A DNA stretch of 54,166 nt from Candidatus Uhrbacteria bacterium RIFCSPLOWO2_01_FULL_47_25 (GCA_001791325.1 MGEK01000003.1:20741-74906), one strand, 5' to 3'; shown: positions 1-9,254, numbered from the stretch's first letter. The notes: generated from the letters alone by a model not told the origin. Numbers and translations are program-made.

Positions 1-26
1 CCTTCGAGAACACCCGCCGCCAGAGA

Positions 27-317
27 TCACCGCTTCGGGCCGGCACGCATGACGTCGTTGATGCCATGCGTGCGAAGCATCATGGCAATGTCTCTCCAAT
101 CTTCCCCCTTCCACCGTTGATCATTCACTAGCTCGGCGAACGCCGCCAACAGCCCCAGCGAGATGCAGCTATCATCCGGCCAGTAGAGTTTGCCGTCCTC
201 GCCTTCCGCCACAATGACTGACTCATCGCCTTCCGGAATGATGGCGAGAAGGTTATCCATCCCTTGACGCAACTGCCCCCGAATCCAATTGTAGGACACT
301 CTCATTGGTTGACTCAT
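27..317 (-). CDS. hypothetical small protein (GC-rich islet)
   Basis: 96-aa ORF. AAGGAGGG Shine-Dalgarno lies 5 nt upstream of the ATG. GC is visibly higher than in neighbouring genes. No family recognised. Confidence 0.5.
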   Translation of the reverse strand: MSQPMRVSYNWIRGQLRQGMDNLLAIIPEGDESVIVAEGEDGKLYWPDDSCISLGLLAAFAELVNDQRWKGEDWRDIAMMLRTHGINDVMRAGPKR

Positions 318-374
318 CCGACCCTCCTTTAGTGTGAAAACACTTTAGGCGCTTCAAGAACATACGTCAATAGC

Positions 375-405
375 AAAAAACGCCTTTGCGGGCGTTTTAT
401 TTTTT
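375..405. terminator. hairpin flanked by A-run and T-run (bidirectional terminator-like)
   Basis: aaaaaacgcc-tttgc-gggcgtttt followed by atttttt. Confidence 0.4.
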
Positions 406-473
406 GGGTCGGCTGGGAATCGAACCCCCGCCTGCCGGCGGGCAGGCACAACCTTAGGCTTAAGAGGCCCCTG
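405..473 (-). pseudogene. tRNA-Lys(CTT)-like 3' portion (anticodon arm to acceptor) without a matching 5' half
   Basis: The minus strand reads ggggcctcttaagcc...ggttcgattccc...gaccca, paralogous to the 3' half of the intact tRNA-Lys. The variable region is replaced by the GC palindrome gcctgcc-cgcc-ggcaggc. The acceptor 3' strand differs and no complementary 5' strand is present. Confidence 0.6.
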
Positions 474-482
474 TGGCATCTA

Positions 483-588
483 CCCCGTCACTCGCCTATG
501 CGTCGCCTGGGAATCGAACCCAGAACCTTGGGCTTAAGAGGCCCCTGCTCTGCCAATTGAGCTAGCGACGCAGGGGCGAGTGACGGGG
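483..588. repeat. 14-bp perfect inverted repeat bracketing tRNA-Lys
   Basis: ccccgtcactcgcc (483-496) and ggcgagtgacgggg (575-588) flank the tRNA at 499-571. Confidence 0.85.
499..571 (-). tRNA. tRNA-Lys (anticodon CTT)
   Basis: Manual fold: acceptor GCGTCGC/GCGACGC, D arm gctc-aattggc-agagc, anticodon loop ctCTTaa, T arm ctggg-ttcgatt-cccag, discriminator A. CCA is not encoded. Confidence 0.85.
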
Positions 589-609
589 GCCAGTTGTCCG
601 CCCGAGGCG

Positions 610-639
610 CCCTGCTCTGCCAATTGAGCTAGCGACGCA
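610..639 (-). repeat. exact 30-nt duplicate of the 5' half of tRNA-Lys
   Basis: 610-639 is identical to 543-572 (acceptor 5' strand, D arm and start of the anticodon stem). It then diverges into the GC-rich ggcgcctcgggcgg. Confidence 0.85.
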
Positions 640-713
640 TATTATACGGGCTTATGTTATGGCTTGTAGCTTGCGATTTGCCTCTAGAGGGAATTTCACC
701 CCGCACCTTTCAA

Positions 714-760
714 TGCTCCCGGAGGGATTCGAACCCCCAATAACGGCTTCGAAGGCCGCT
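714..760 (-). pseudogene. tRNA-Arg(TCG)-like 3' portion without a matching 5' half
   Basis: The minus strand reads agcggccttcgaagccgt-tatt-gggggttcgaatccctc-cgggagca. The upstream sequence (gctacagcaggcggggatatcac) cannot pair with the acceptor 3' strand. Confidence 0.55.
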
Positions 761-785
761 GTGATATCCCCGCCTGCTGTAGCTT

Positions 786-857
786 TGCCCCTGGAGGGAA
801 TTGAACCCCCATCAACGGTTCCGAAGACCGTTGCTTTATCCGTTAAGCTACAGGGGC
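786..857 (-). tRNA. tRNA-Arg (anticodon TCG)
   Basis: Manual fold: acceptor gcccctg/caggggc, D arm gctt-aacggat-aagc, anticodon arm acggt-ctTCGga-accgt, T arm ggggg-ttcaatt-ccctc. Confidence 0.85.
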
Positions 858-877
858 AGAAAAAAGTGCGGGGGAAA

Positions 878-1010
878 CCCCGTTAGAGGATCTCGGCAGA
901 AAAAGTTTTATTCAAAACTTTTTCTGCTAACCCAAAAGACTTATGCTAACAATAAAGATGGTTTGCAGTCTACCCCTTGATAGCGAGACAGAGACTATCC
1001 TCTAACGGGG
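878..1010. mobile_element. TIR miniature element copy 1 (CCCCGTTAGAGGAT ... ATCCTCTAACGGGG)
   Basis: 14-bp inverted termini at 878-891 and 997-1010. It lies between the pilT stop and tRNA-Arg. No TSD seen. Confidence 0.6.
896..927. terminator. perfect 14-bp AT-rich hairpin inside element copy 1
   Basis: gcagaaaaagtttt-attc-aaaactttttctgc. It lies downstream of pilT on the minus strand. Confidence 0.5.
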
Positions 1011-1031
1011 TACACTCTACTACAAATTTTT

Positions 1032-2084
1032 TCACTCGTCTAACCGTTCAGGGTTAAGCATGTACAGCGCGGCAATATTTTTGTCAATAACGCCTTGCTG
1101 ATAAAGATTAATCAATTCCTGATCCATGGGCACCATGCCCTCGCTCGCGCCAGTCTGAATGGCTGTTTTGATCTGGGCAATTTTATTATCACGAATAAGC
1201 GTGGACACCGCCGGAGTATTAATAAGTATTTCGCGCACTGCTGTTCGTCCGCCATTCTTTTTAGGCACCAGACGTTGAGAAATCACACTTTTCAAGGTCA
1301 TAGAAACCTGCAGACGAACCTGATTCTGCTGATATGGCGGGAAGATATCAATAATGCGGTCAATAGTTTGGGACGCACTGTAAGTGTGCAAAGTGGCAAG
1401 CACTAAGTGGCCGGTTTCGGCTATGGTGATTGCCGCGCTTATGGTTTCTAGGTCGCGCATCTCGCCAACCATTATAATGTTTGGATCCTGGCGAAGCACG
1501 TGTTTTAACCCTTCAGCAAATGACAGTATATCAGTACCCAGCTGTCTTTGCTTGACAATGCTCCTTTTTGGCTCAAAGATAAATTCAATCGGATCCTCCA
1601 GCGTGACAATATGAGCAGAACGCTCCTCGTTAATTAAATTGATGATGGCGGCGAGAGATGTTGATTTGCCATGCCCAGTCGGACCAGTAATCAAAATCAG
1701 CCCTTGATCCATGCGCGCTAGTTTAAAAACCACTTCGGGCATTCCCAATTCTTCCATAGTCGGTATTCGTCCGGGAATGACGCGCGCCACCAAACCAATA
1801 TGATCCCTTTCCCAGTGGAGGTTGGCGCGAAAACGACCGACCTTTTCCACTTCATACGCAAAATCAAGTTCCCTTTCCGTAATGAACCTATTTTTTTGCG
1901 CTTCCGTGATCATGACATAAACGATTGATTCCATGACTTTCGGAGACACGGCCCCATACTTCTCCATGGCAATTAACTGTCCATCAACACGGATGGTCGG
2001 AGGCAATCCAGTGGCTAAGTGCAAATCCGAGGCACCGCGCTTAACGGCGATCGTAAGTAATTCTTCTATATTAGGAGTACCCAT
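1032..2084 (-). CDS. pilT: type IV pilus retraction ATPase PilT
   Basis: 350 aa. N-terminal ASDLHL..G.PP..RVDG, Walker A GPTGHGKST, and typical PilT length and motifs. Confidence 0.9.
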   Translation of the reverse strand: MGTPNIEELLTIAVKRGASDLHLATGLPPTIRVDGQLIAMEKYGAVSPKVMESIVYVMITEAQKNRFITERELDFAYEVEKVGRFRANLHWERDHIGLVARVIPGRIPTMEELGMPEVVFKLARMDQGLILITGPTGHGKSTSLAAIINLINEERSAHIVTLEDPIEFIFEPKRSIVKQRQLGTDILSFAEGLKHVLRQDPNIIMVGEMRDLETISAAITIAETGHLVLATLHTYSASQTIDRIIDIFPPYQQNQVRLQVSMTLKSVISQRLVPKKNGGRTAVREILINTPAVSTLIRDNKIAQIKTAIQTGASEGMVPMDQELINLYQQGVIDKNIAALYMLNPERLDE

Positions 2085-2101
2085 ATATTGATGTTAATAT
2101 C

Positions 2102-2791
2102 TTACCACGATTTTTTAACTAACGCAGCCTGGGCAGCCGCCTCTTCGCCCTCCTGCTTGCTCGCCCCAGTGCCCGAAGCCACCTGCTCGTCGTCAAGATA
2201 GACCCCAATGGTAAATACTTTAGCGTGATCGGGGCCTATTTCAGAGAGAACCCTATAGCTTGGCGTGATGCCAACCTTCTCTTGAGCCGCTTCCTGAAAT
2301 CTGCTCTTAGGGTCTAAATGCAATTCATGTTCTAAAATATAGGGCAGACGGGAAATAACCGTGCGGGTCACAAATTCGGATGTTGCCGCGAACCCTTGAT
2401 CCATATACAAGGCGCCGACCACCGCCTCAAAAGCATTGGCCAAAATATACTGACGCGCCTTGGTGTTTACCTCCTTGGCTTCACCGCGCGAAAGATAAAG
2501 ATAATCATTCAATGACAAACTAGCGGCAATTTCAGACAACATTTTGGCATTAACCAAACTGGCCCGCCAATTAGTAAGCTCACCCTCCGGATTGGGATAG
2601 GTGCTATACAAATACTCGGTAACAATAAGCTCAATGACTGCATCTCCAAGAAATTCCAAACGTTCATTGTGCCCGAGTGCGAAATTTGGATTCTCATTTA
2701 GATATGAACGGTGCACCAAAGCCTGCTCAAGCAAGGATGGGTCTTGAAATGAAACACCCAATATTGATTCAAGTTTTTTTAAATCAGCCAT
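2102..2791 (-). CDS. rnc: ribonuclease III
   Basis: ERLEFLGDAV signature and a C-terminal dsRBD. 229 aa. Confidence 0.93.
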   Translation of the reverse strand: MADLKKLESILGVSFQDPSLLEQALVHRSYLNENPNFALGHNERLEFLGDAVIELIVTEYLYSTYPNPEGELTNWRASLVNAKMLSEIAASLSLNDYLYLSRGEAKEVNTKARQYILANAFEAVVGALYMDQGFAATSEFVTRTVISRLPYILEHELHLDPKSRFQEAAQEKVGITPSYRVLSEIGPDHAKVFTIGVYLDDEQVASGTGASKQEGEEAAAQAALVKKSW

Positions 2792-2792
2792 A

Positions 2793-2927
2793 CCCCGCTA
2801 GAAGGCCTCCCCAGCCCCCCGCTTGGCGGGGCGGGGTTGAATAAGATAAGCGGTTGAATAAGTAATCATAATAGCGTTGGTGGTAATAAAGTATGGTTAA
2901 TCCATCAAAGACGGACTTCTAACGGGG
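2793..2927. mobile_element. TIR miniature element copy 2
   Basis: Arms ccccgCtagaaggcc (2793-2807) and ggacttctaacgggg (2913-2927). The right arm overlaps the last codons and the TAG stop of nusB. The left arm ends 1 nt from the rnc ATG. Confidence 0.65.
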
Positions 2928-3455
2928 TTTCTTTAACTTTCCTTTTTTGGCTTTCTTTTGCAGAACGGGAGGAGCGTCGTCAGTCAAATTTTGTATGACC
3001 TCTTCTCCTGCTTCGGTGGTTGGTATTTCTTTATAAATTGCCCCCAAGACCCCGTTTACAAAACGACCGGATGACTCGCCGCCAAAAGTTTTGGCCAACT
3101 CAATTGCCTCATTGATAGCTACTTTGGCCGGAACTTCTTTGCCAAAGATAAGCTCAAAAACGCCCAGCCTTAATATGTTGCGATCTACAATAGTAATCTG
3201 GTCAATCGGCCATTCCGGAGCATAGCGTTCAATGTATTTATCAATGGCTGCCTGATTTTGAAGAACTCCTAAAATAAGCGAATGCACGAATCCTTGATCA
3301 TCAAATTCAGGAGCGAATTCTTTCAAATTACGATCAGCTAAAGCCAAAATCTCCGCCTCGTTGTTATTGCCAGCACCGGCCGATAAAGGGTGCGAAAAGT
3401 CCCACTCATAAAGCGTCTGCATAGCAACTGTGCGAGAGAGATGACGGTTGGCCAT
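2919..3455 (-). CDS. nusB: transcription antitermination factor NusB
   Basis: 178 aa with NusB-like core ([40 protein letters not shown]) and a Lys-rich tail. Confidence 0.85.
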   Translation of the reverse strand: MANRHLSRTVAMQTLYEWDFSHPLSAGAGNNNEAEILALADRNLKEFAPEFDDQGFVHSLILGVLQNQAAIDKYIERYAPEWPIDQITIVDRNILRLGVFELIFGKEVPAKVAINEAIELAKTFGGESSGRFVNGVLGAIYKEIPTTEAGEEVIQNLTDDAPPVLQKKAKKGKLKKPR

Positions 3456-3456
3456 A

Positions 3457-3697
3457 CCCCGTTAGAAGGCCTCCCCAGCCCCCCGCTTGGCGGGGCGGGG
3501 TTGAATAAGATAAGCGGTTGAATAAGTAATCATAATAGCGTTGGTGGTTAAACCCCGTTAGAAAGGACGGGGCTCTATCACGCCCTTTTTATAATAATGA
3601 ATTAACGTTTTTGATATCATCTTCGCCAGAAATAACGGGGACTTTCTAACGGGGTAAAGAGGTGGAATTAACACATTCAGACAACCTTCTAACGGGG
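3457..3697. mobile_element. TIR miniature element copy 3 (host of nested copy 4)
   Basis: Arms ccccgttagaagg (3457-3469) and ccttctaacgggg (3685-3697). Homologous to copy 2 over its whole length once the nested copy is removed. Confidence 0.65.
3553..3654. mobile_element. TIR miniature element copy 4, nested in copy 3
   Basis: Arms ccccgttagaaag (3553-3565) and ctttctaacgggg (3642-3654). Flanked by an exact TAAA duplication (3549-3552 and 3655-3658). Confidence 0.75.
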
Positions 3698-3722
3698 CCT
3701 GCTCATAATTCACCCCCCTGGC

Positions 3723-3962
3723 TCATCCTTCTTTCACGCTTCTGCCTTGCTTTTGCCGATGGCCCAGTCGCTTCAATCGCCGCATCGCTACCGTCTCCAC
3801 AACGACTCGGCCACGGTAAGTTCCACAATATGGGCAGACGGTATGAGGTAGAATCTTTTTATGACATTTTGCACAAGTAGTAAATGACCGCTTGGTTAAA
3901 GCGAAATGCGCGGCCCGACGCCGCTTAGAAGATTTAGTTCTCCTTTGACCTGGTAGTCCCAT
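3723..3962 (-). CDS. rpmF: 50S ribosomal protein L32 (with C-terminal extension)
   Basis: Basic N-terminus RRTKSSKRRR.AH and a CxxC...CxxC zinc knuckle (CAKC...CPYC). Confidence 0.8.
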   Translation of the reverse strand: MGLPGQRRTKSSKRRRAAHFALTKRSFTTCAKCHKKILPHTVCPYCGTYRGRVVVETVAMRRLKRLGHRQKQGRSVKEG

Positions 3963-3981
3963 AGTTTATAGGTTAAAAGTT

Positions 3982-4048
3982 TCCGCCCAAGGCGGATCAG
4001 CTTGGAGCTGAAAAATTAAAAGTTTTGAGTTTTCCCGCCCAAGGCGGG
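3982..4048. repeat. two GC-rich hairpin repeats (tccgcccaaggcgga, cccgcccaaggcggg)
   Basis: The palindromic units at 3982-3996 and 4034-4048 belong to the CCGCCC-RAG-GCGG family. That family is also seen near 598, 9311, 9400, 14680 and 40376. Confidence 0.7.
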
Positions 4049-4093
4049 TTGGCCTTGGGTTGAGACCTTTGACTTTTGACCTTGCTTTGCATC

Positions 4094-6577
4094 TTACCCA
4101 ACAATAGTAATTGAGGCAACTCTATCCTTCTCTCCCCTAAACCGCATCAACCGCACGCCTTGAGTCACGCGATTCAGGACACTAACTGAATCATAGGGCA
4201 GACGAATCACCTGACCGCTGGTTGAAATCAAAATAATATCGTGCGCTTCTCCTTTGTGATGTCGCGCTATGATTGCTCCAACAACCTCGCCAGTCTTTTT
4301 AGTAACGGCCATGGTTTTCACCCCAGAGCCGCCGCGCCCTTGAACCTTATACTGTGTAAGTTTAGTGCGTTTGCCAAAGCCATTTTCACTAACTACTATT
4401 AATTCCAACTCTTTTATTTCTCCAACTGTGGTTGGGACGACGCTCAAACTTACCACCTCGTCACCGGACTTTATGCGAATCGCCCTGACACCGCTTGCTT
4501 CCCGACCCATTTCCCGCACACCTTTTTCCTTAAACCGAATGGCTTGTCCTCGCTTGGTTATGATCATTATCTCATCTTGCCCTGAAGAAAGCATGACCCA
4601 TTTCAGGGCGTCACCAGACTTCAGACGCATAGCAATGAGACCAGAGCGACGAACATTGGCAAAATGTTCATAACTAACTTTCTTAATCATGCCCTTGGTA
4701 GTTCCCATAACAAAGTATCGTCCAGTCTTTTTGCCGCCAAAGGGTAAGACAGACGTCACGCTTTCGCCGGGGGCTAATTGCAAGAAATTGACAATGGCCT
4801 GCCCTTTGGATGTTCGTGAACCAGCCGGCACCTCGTAAGCCTTGAGTTGGAAGACACGACCCCGCGTCGTGAAAAACAAAAGGTCAGCATGCGTGGTAGT
4901 CACAAAAAAATGTTCAACCATATCTTCTTCTTTTGTGGTTAACCCCATTACCCCCTTGCCACCGCGGCTCTGGGTGCGGAAAGTTTCCGGTGGTAACCGC
5001 TTAACATAACCGTCGTGGGTTATAACAACAACCGTAGGCTCGTTGGGAATAAGATCCTCCTGCCTGAATTCACCCACTGCTTCAGGCACTATGGTTGTCA
5101 GCCGCGGCATCGGAAATCGTTTTTTCATCTCAAGTAATTCCGATTTGATAACACCTAAAATCTTCTTGGGTGAAGATAACAACGCTTCCAGTTCTTTGCT
5201 AAGCGCAAGTTTTTCTTTAAGCTCCTGCTCAATCTTCAACCGTTCAAGATTGGCAAGTTGTTGGAGGCGCATCTCCAAAATAGCCACGGCCTGACGTTCG
5301 GTCAGTGAAAACTTGCGCATTAAATTACCCCTCGCCTCATCCTTGTCGGCCGATTGCTTAATGGTCTTGATAACCGCGTCAATATTATCAACAGCTATTT
5401 TCAGTCCTTTCAAAATATGCGCCCGCTCTTTGGCGCGCCCCAGATCGTACTCCGTCCGCCGTCTAATAACGGTCTGACGGTGTTTGATATGCTCTTCAAG
5501 TACGGTCTTTAGGTTCAGCACTCGGGGCTGCACACCGTCAACCAAGGCCAGCATATTCATGTGAAAAGTCTGCTGCAGCTCGGTTGATTTATATAACTGG
5601 TTTAGAATCTTTTTGGGATAACTGTCTTTCTTTAAATCAATCACAACACGCACGCCATCTCGATCAGACTCATCACGAAGATCTTTAATGCCCTCAATTT
5701 TTTTATCATGCACCAAATCGGCGATGTGACTAACAAATTCAGCTTTATTGACCTGATAAGGAATGGCCGTAATCACGATGCACCATTGGCCGTTTTTATC
5801 TTCCTCAATTGCCGCCACACCGCGCATAAGAACAGCGCCCTTGCCCGTACCATAAGCCTGATGAATTTCTTTCACGTCATAGATCACGGCACCGGTTGGA
5901 AAATCGGGCCCCGGAATGAACTTCACTAAATCCTCGGTTGTGGCTTCTGGATTATCAATGAGATAAACAATACCATCCACCAGTTCGCCCAGGTTGTGCG
6001 GCGGAATTGATGTCGCCATGCCAACAGCAATACCCATAGTGCCGTTAAGTAATAGCCCCGGAAGTTTGCCCGGCAAAACTCGCGGTTCTTCATGAGTGCC
6101 GTCGTAATTTGGCACAAACGACACTGTCTCTTTGTCTATGTCAATCAACAGCTCTTCGGCCAAAGATGACAACTTGGCTTCGGTGTAACGCATGGCCGCG
6201 GCAGAATCGCCGTCCCTGGAACCGAAGTTTCCCTGTCCGCTGACCAATGGACCGCGCAGTGAAAACTCTTGCGCCATGCGCACCATAGCGTCATACACAG
6301 CCACATCCCCATGAGGGTGATATTTACCCAATACCTCGCCGACGACTGTCGCCGATTTGCGAAACTTGGCCGAAGACTTCAAGCCCATTTGCCACATGGC
6401 GTAAAGAATGCGGCGCTGTACCGGTTTCAAACCGTCGCGAACATCAGGCAATGCCCGCGACACGATAACAGACATGGCATAATCCAAATATGATTCAGAC
6501 ATTTCCTCCACGATGCCGCGGGGCAAAACGGCACCGATCGTTGTGTTGGATTGATTTTCTGTATTGGATATTTTCAT
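4094..6577 (-). CDS. gyrA: DNA gyrase subunit A
   Basis: 827 aa. Active-site region [11 protein letters not shown] and C-terminal beta-pinwheel repeats. Confidence 0.95.
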   Translation of the reverse strand: MKISNTENQSNTTIGAVLPRGIVEEMSESYLDYAMSVIVSRALPDVRDGLKPVQRRILYAMWQMGLKSSAKFRKSATVVGEVLGKYHPHGDVAVYDAMVRMAQEFSLRGPLVSGQGNFGSRDGDSAAAMRYTEAKLSSLAEELLIDIDKETVSFVPNYDGTHEEPRVLPGKLPGLLLNGTMGIAVGMATSIPPHNLGELVDGIVYLIDNPEATTEDLVKFIPGPDFPTGAVIYDVKEIHQAYGTGKGAVLMRGVAAIEEDKNGQWCIVITAIPYQVNKAEFVSHIADLVHDKKIEGIKDLRDESDRDGVRVVIDLKKDSYPKKILNQLYKSTELQQTFHMNMLALVDGVQPRVLNLKTVLEEHIKHRQTVIRRRTEYDLGRAKERAHILKGLKIAVDNIDAVIKTIKQSADKDEARGNLMRKFSLTERQAVAILEMRLQQLANLERLKIEQELKEKLALSKELEALLSSPKKILGVIKSELLEMKKRFPMPRLTTIVPEAVGEFRQEDLIPNEPTVVVITHDGYVKRLPPETFRTQSRGGKGVMGLTTKEEDMVEHFFVTTTHADLLFFTTRGRVFQLKAYEVPAGSRTSKGQAIVNFLQLAPGESVTSVLPFGGKKTGRYFVMGTTKGMIKKVSYEHFANVRRSGLIAMRLKSGDALKWVMLSSGQDEIMIITKRGQAIRFKEKGVREMGREASGVRAIRIKSGDEVVSLSVVPTTVGEIKELELIVVSENGFGKRTKLTQYKVQGRGGSGVKTMAVTKKTGEVVGAIIARHHKGEAHDIILISTSGQVIRLPYDSVSVLNRVTQGVRLMRFRGEKDRVASITIVG

Positions 6578-6594
6578 TACAGTATGCTTGGGAA

Positions 6595-7260
6595 TTATCT
6601 AGCAGTTGAAGCAGGACCCGGCGGCGGCGACTGGATAGCTTGTTCTTCAAACTTGCGCTTTAATATCTCAATTTCTTCACTATTCAGTTCAGAGCCTGAG
6701 GCCTGACTAGGCGCCAATAAATTGCCGTTCGGAGAGGTCTCTCCTTTTTGCAAGTCATCTAATGACTGATTAACTTTTTGAAATAAATCAGTCAGATTGT
6801 CTTCTGCTTTATTAAGTGGGAAAGAGTCGTTTGCAATATCCGCGGGAATGGTGAGAGAATAACGCAGAGTCCAGAACCAGCCAAACACAATAATCACCAT
6901 GCTGACAGCAACGCCTGCCCACATCAAAAATTTGCGGCGCTCTTTATCAATGGTCTCGTTAGGAACAATCAGTCTGTCGCCCTTATCTGAGGATCGGGTT
7001 TCCTCAAAAATATTCTCTTTCTGCTCCTTAACCAAAAACGGAGATGGGTTAGTTTTCAAAGCAGCTTCATCTTGCCTGGCGACAACTGGCATCATAGGAA
7101 TTACTGATACGGTTGCTTGACTGGCCGCAAATTTGGTTTTGAACGGCTTGCCGCGAACAGCGCGCTTCTTCTTCAGAATGATGCTGCGTCGTGGAGACGA
7201 AGGCGTGCCCTTGGCGCGCGGTTTCTTAGGCTTCAAGGATGACGAGGCGCGTTTCTTCAT
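6595..7260 (-). CDS. hypothetical membrane-anchored protein (basic N-terminus, one TM)
   Basis: ORF 6595..7359 trimmed to the internal ATG at 7260 (MKKRASSS). The longer form would overlap the upstream gene by 134 nt. Confidence 0.45.
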   Translation of the reverse strand: MKKRASSSLKPKKPRAKGTPSSPRRSIILKKKRAVRGKPFKTKFAASQATVSVIPMMPVVARQDEAALKTNPSPFLVKEQKENIFEETRSSDKGDRLIVPNETIDKERRKFLMWAGVAVSMVIIVFGWFWTLRYSLTIPADIANDSFPLNKAEDNLTDLFQKVNQSLDDLQKGETSPNGNLLAPSQASGSELNSEEIEILKRKFEEQAIQSPPPGPASTAR

Positions 7261-7825
7261 TTGGCAAATCCTTCTTTGTGACTGAGACCTTTGGTAAGCG
7301 CTCTGGCGATTTAACGCCCATAGCTTGACAAAACTTTTCAACCGGCTGGAGCGAGACAAGACCCGGCTGACGGTAATGCATGGGAATAACTAAGCGCGGT
7401 TCAATGGCACTCACGACTTCAGCGGCTTCAGCCGGCCCAAGCACTGCCCCGCCTCCTACGGGCACAAATAAAACATCCACATCTTCAAGAAAGCTGGTCG
7501 CGGCTTCATCGTTCTTTTCAAGATTGCCAAGATGCCCAAGCCGCACTCCCTCAATCTCCAATCTATAAATTGTTTGGGTGCGATTGCCAAACACTTGGCC
7601 CTCAACAAACACTCCCTTCGCTTCAAACTCACCGGGGGTTTGAATGATAAAAGGACTGTTTTTCAAAAAAGAAAGTGCCTTTCCTAAAGAAGGACGCGGC
7701 AATACTAAAATGTCAGCGCTGATCTTAGGCATTTTCAACTCCTGACCATCAATGGGATCAATCAAAACGCTGACTTGTTTCCCCTCAATTTTAAAACAAT
7801 TCTGGCCGAGCCAGGTAATAGTCAT
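7226..7825 (-). CDS. metal-dependent hydrolase, beta-lactamase fold (UPF0173-like)
   Basis: N-terminal MTITWLGQNCFKIEG...VLIDP pattern typical of UPF0173/YtkL-like proteins. Confidence 0.65.
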   Translation of the reverse strand: MTITWLGQNCFKIEGKQVSVLIDPIDGQELKMPKISADILVLPRPSLGKALSFLKNSPFIIQTPGEFEAKGVFVEGQVFGNRTQTIYRLEIEGVRLGHLGNLEKNDEAATSFLEDVDVLFVPVGGGAVLGPAEAAEVVSAIEPRLVIPMHYRQPGLVSLQPVEKFCQAMGVKSPERLPKVSVTKKDLPNEETRLVILEA

Positions 7826-7861
7826 AAATATAATTATGTTCTTTAATAACTATAATTTACC

Positions 7862-7886
7862 ACAAAAAAACAGGCTTGGGAAGCCC
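7862..7886 (-). terminator. weak hairpin plus T7 run downstream of islet ORF
   Basis: The minus strand reads gggcttcccaagcc followed by tgttttttt. The stem is only 5 bp. Confidence 0.35.
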
Positions 7887-7940
7887 ATTTTGAACAAAGA
7901 AAGAGGGGACAGGATTAGTGGATCCTCCCCCCCCTCGCAG

Positions 7941-8210
7941 CTACGTCAGACCTAACATGTGCGCACCGTCCGGTGACAATCTAAAATGGTACCGAATCAG
8001 CCCACGGCTTTTCCGGAAAACCAGCCGATCGTCAACAGCCAATTGCTTCACTAACTCGCGCACCGAAGACTCGGTCTGATTGATGAGATACGGCCTGCCA
8101 TTGATTGACTGCGCCCGACGCTGAACCTTCACACAAACCCGGTGCGAACGCTTGTCATAGCAACAGTAGCACCATATTCCATTCGCGCTGGTGGCTGATC
8201 GTCGTCCCAT
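7941..8210 (-). CDS. hypothetical small protein (GC-rich islet), possible winged-helix C-terminus
   Basis: ORF 7941..8264. AGGAGG (rc of 8221-8226) lies 10 nt upstream of the ATG at 8210. GC-rich relative to flanks. Confidence 0.45.
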   Translation of the reverse strand: MGRRSATSANGIWCYCCYDKRSHRVCVKVQRRAQSINGRPYLINQTESSVRELVKQLAVDDRLVFRKSRGLIRYHFRLSPDGAHMLGLT

Positions 8211-8497
8211 CCTCTTCATTCCTCCTATGGTTGTATTCACCCCACTGACCGACAAGCCAACCACAATCCTACACTCACGGCGGACCGCGTTCCATGCCCT
8301 CCTCCTCTCTCTTTAAAGCTCTATGGCGTTGTGTTTATAAAACTAGTCTTGTTATCAAAAAATTGCAAGTACCCCCTGCCCCATTCCTTAGCGACACGCC
8401 TAAATGGCAACAAGGCCTGTTCAATACGGTGCAATTGGAGTATAATTTAGCACAAAGAAGGTATGAAAAAATAAGGTAATAAGCCCTCTAAATAACT

Positions 8498-9217
8498 ATG
8501 ATTCCCATAGTATCAATTACCGACCTCGTATTGGCCGTTTTATGTTTCGGCATTTCGGCCAAACTCTTTGCTTCTTATAAGACAAAGCCGTCTCAACTCA
8601 TGCGCTATTTTTTGGCCTTTTATCTCTTTTTTGGAATTTCTTTCTTGTTTTTTTCTATCCCCGAAATCTTCAGCAAGCATGCTACGATCATCACTGTCTT
8701 TAATATTCTGGCGTATTTATCTTTCTATCTAGCCCTCGCCTATATTGCGCAGGTACCTTTTGATCTTTTGGGAAAGACAAGATTGGCTATGGGTATCTTC
8801 TATTTCGCGGCTATCTTTGGAATTATCTTCGTAATCATGAGGTTCGTTGATTATCATCCCAGTGTTCCAGAAATAAAAGGGAGTTATATCTTCTGGAAAC
8901 CCATCTATGCCAGCTGGCTCCGTTCAGCAACGGGAATTTTTTCCGGCGCGCTGGCTATTATTACAACAATTATTTTTTACACGCAGGGAATAAAACATCG
9001 CGCCAATCGACTAGTATTTATCCGCTCTATGTGGATGGGTACGGGATTGCTCTTTTTGCTTTTCTCTTCACTCTCAACTTATACTCTGAACCCAGCAGCG
9101 CTATTTACCCCCATTCTTGTTTCCACTATTTTGGCCATGATCGGTCTTATATTGATATTTATTGGAGTTCTCTATAAAACAGAAGAGACGATTGAGCCCA
9201 GTTCAACACTTAATTAA
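8498..9217 (+). CDS. hypothetical polytopic membrane protein
   Basis: 239 aa with about 7 hydrophobic segments. No family recognised. Confidence 0.55.
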   Translation: MIPIVSITDLVLAVLCFGISAKLFASYKTKPSQLMRYFLAFYLFFGISFLFFSIPEIFSKHATIITVFNILAYLSFYLALAYIAQVPFDLLGKTRLAMGIFYFAAIFGIIFVIMRFVDYHPSVPEIKGSYIFWKPIYASWLRSATGIFSGALAIITTIIFYTQGIKHRANRLVFIRSMWMGTGLLFLLFSSLSTYTLNPAALFTPILVSTILAMIGLILIFIGVLYKTEETIEPSSTLN

Positions 9218-9254
9218 TCAAAGCTAGAGTTCACGTTTAAAAACCACAAGGTTT

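Noticed and set aside
641-646. TATAAT hexamer upstream of the duplicated tRNA-Lys 5' half, as a tRNA promoter
   Set aside because: It is only 2 nt from the would-be tRNA 5' end, so a transcript starting 6-8 nt downstream would begin inside the tRNA sequence.
659-886. 75-aa plus-strand ORF
   Set aside because: It lies antisense over tRNA-Arg and the tRNA-Arg-like fragment, so it is spurious.
4365-6493. Multiple 60-100-aa ORFs antisense to gyrA, with similar ones inside hppA, murD, recQ and the LTD gene
   Set aside because: They are embedded in well-supported long genes, have no start signals and have biased composition. They are typical shadow ORFs.
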